A DNA stretch of 63,273 nt, the filler included, from Octopus bimaculoides (Eukaryota): NCBI RefSeq assembly GCF_001194135.2. It is 5 parts of 5 records of this genome, joined end to end, with 100 filler letters (N's around TTAATTAATTAA, not from the genome) between each part and the next. Parts side by side here need not be neighbours in the genome. Positions count along the whole stretch, not along the records: positions 60,550 to 63,273 come from NC_068983.1; 4 more parts are not named here. One strand, 5' to 3'. Position numbers and translations under genes: made by a program. The notes beneath the pieces are model-generated. The model was not told where the DNA came from and searched no databases. It was given only the letters and a program-made list of their open reading frames with translations. Below are positions 61,406 through 63,273 of this stretch, in pieces (the first letter of the stretch is position 1; every line of letters starts with the position of its first letter).

Positions 61406-62480
61406 TTGTTCTCATTTTTATCACATGTCTTCATTGCACTACCGAGCGCAGCTTTGTGTGCCGTGAGTATCTGTGGTGGTTAGTTGTGATGCATTGCAAT
61501 TGCTTTACTTAGGATGTGTTCCGTGCGTAGTAGTGCTATTTTCTGTATGTTATATATATACTTGTTAGTCCTGCCCTTTTTGTTACGTATTTTTCTGAAT
61601 ATTTTATCATACCTGACGCGCCTACAATGATGGGTATTGTATCTGTTCTTAGGATCGACATTCGAGTTACATCTATTTCCAGGTCCTTGTATTTTGAAAG
61701 TTTCTCCATGTCTCTTAGAGAAGCGTTGCCACTGAAGTAGGTATTTTTGCGGTCCTATGGTTATACATATGTTGTATGTATAACTTTTCTATGTCAGATT
61801 TCTGTTAGATTTTGGCATCCTAAATCCTGTCTATTTTGATTAGTTCATTTAAGGATATTGTAGCTATAGTCCAGTTAAGGATATTGTAGCTATAGTCCAG
61901 TTAAGGATATTGTAGCTATAGTCCAGTTAAGGATATTGTAGCTATAGTCCAGTTAAGGATATTGTAGCTATAAGTTATAACTGGGACAGCTAGTGTGTTG
62001 ATATTTATCATCTTGTTTATGCATTGAGCTCTGTGTTCAGGATTAGCCTAACTCGTCTACAGGTATTCTTTTTTTGTCTTTCATTTGCGTGTGCTTTATC
62101 GTATCTAGTTCAGTGATTCCTAAGTATGTGTACGTCTGGCTTTCGTTTTATTCTCTTATTTCATTTGCTTTATCTAGGTTGATGTTGCTATTCTTAACTA
62201 GTTTTTTCTCTTTTCAAAATTGCTTTTGCACATTTTTCTAATCCAAATTTAAATATCTATTTCTTTGGTAAATCCATGTAACGTCTGTAGTAATGTTTCC
62301 AGCGGTTTATCATTTGTAGCGTAGTTTTAGATCATCCATATATAAGAGGTGGCTGACTGTGTTGTAACAGTTGTGTCCACATCCAGTTCTGCTTAGTATA
62401 TCTGATAAAGATGTCAGTGCCAAGCTGGAGAGAGCGTGTCTCCCTGGAATATTCCTCTTCTAATGAGGCTGGATTTGATT
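61403..62480 (-). mobile_element. Internally deleted R4/Dong-type LINE (RT fragment joined to RLE end)
   Basis: GIFQGDTLSP, HLLYMDDLKL, YTYLGI, then KLSKYKDLEI..IPIIVGA..IQKIALL. Flanked by (ATT)n on both sides. Confidence 0.9.
61849..61972. repeat. Perfect 26-bp tandem repeat (ttaaggatattgtagctatagtccag), 4 full copies plus a 20-bp partial
   Basis: Units start at 61849, 61875, 61901, 61927 and 61953; no spacers. Confidence 0.95.
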
Positions 62481-62520
62481 TTTATGAGTCCCTATCATAA
62501 TAATAATAATAATAATAATA

Positions 62521-62561
<41 letters not shown>

Positions 62562-62950
62562 GATTATTATTATGATTATTCTTATTATTATCATTATTAT
62601 TCTTATTATTATCATTATTATTCTTATTATATAACTGTTCAATATTTGGTAGACTGAGACACGTTTCTACCGTATCACCTGGTACACCTCCGTGTGGCTG
62701 AGAGGTGTGCAGCATTGCGTGTGCTTTTCTCTTGTTAGGAGTGTACGAACTCTTCCCTGTACTGTATTGTGTTAGTTTTTTTCTTCTTTACGGTGTGGTG
62801 CTGTTTTTTTTTTGTGTTGCTCTTTGTGTTGTCTGTTGAGTGTGTAATGCTTTGGTTATCTGGTGGGATTTCATTTCACTGGGTAAAATCAGTATAGAGT
62901 ATGTCGTGTATTTGTGGGTTGTTTTGTTCCGGTTGTTTTATTATTATTAT

Positions 62951-63273
62951 TGTTCAGTAGTTTTATTTTTATAACGTGCTTTCACTTCACTACCGAGCGC
63001 AGCTCTGTGCGCCTTGGGTATGTGCTGTGGTTTGTTGTGGTGCTCTTATGTTTACTGTATTGAAAGTGTTTTGCGTAGAATGTGTGCAGTACCCAGTAGT
63101 GCAATTTTCTGTATGTTATATATATTTGTAAGTCCTGGTGTTTTTGTTATGTATTTGTCTGAATATTTTTTTTTATTATACCTAAGGCACCTACTATGAT
63201 AGGAATTGTTTCTGTTTTTAGATTCCACATTGGAGTTATCTCTATTTCCAGGTCTTTGTATTTTGAAAGTCTT
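62951..63273 (-). mobile_element. R4/Dong-type LINE 3' end (runs off the window)
   Basis: SKYKDLEIEITPMWNLKTETIPIIVGALG..IQKIALLGTAHILRKTLSIQ*; the 3' end runs into (TAA)n. Confidence 0.9.

Noticed and set aside
61849-61972. CRISPR-like direct repeats
   Set aside because: Units are contiguous with no spacers, derive from LINE coding sequence, and lie in eukaryotic DNA with no cas genes.

Overview
Eukaryotic, AT-rich, microsatellite-saturated genomic DNA. The SINE families, (CA)n/(TA)n/(ATT)n density and transposon mix are most consistent with a cephalopod (Octopus-like) assembly; this is an inference and no search was run. No intact host gene can be identified. The window is mostly decayed mobile DNA: an L1/Tx1-type LINE 3' end, three Penelope-like (GIY-YIG) element relics, two CR1-type and several RTE-type LINE fragments, at least five R4/Dong-type (restriction-like endonuclease) LINE fragments, a rearranged Helitron, three Tc1/mariner lineages (DD37D, DD36E, DD34D), hAT and MULE relics, a long-TIR foldback/MITE and more than 15 tRNA-type SINE copies. 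Four 100-bp N44-TTAATTAATTAA-N44 linkers are artificial joins, so long-range contiguity is not guaranteed. Most ORFs in the supplied track are microsatellite or N-gap artefacts. The most interesting signals are: (1) a Penelope terminal repeat carrying a tRNA-like Pol III head followed by a minimal hammerhead ribozyme, split by a templated piece of the element's own RT; (2) R4/Dong copies whose 3' ends abut (TAA)n tracts; (3) an RTE ORF2 tail with tandem C2H2 fingers; (4) a DD36E Tc1; and (5) a CpG-rich E-box/CCAAT/TATA/Inr promoter-like segment whose downstream sequence is hidden in a gap. No CRISPR array, rRNA or genuine tRNA gene was seen.
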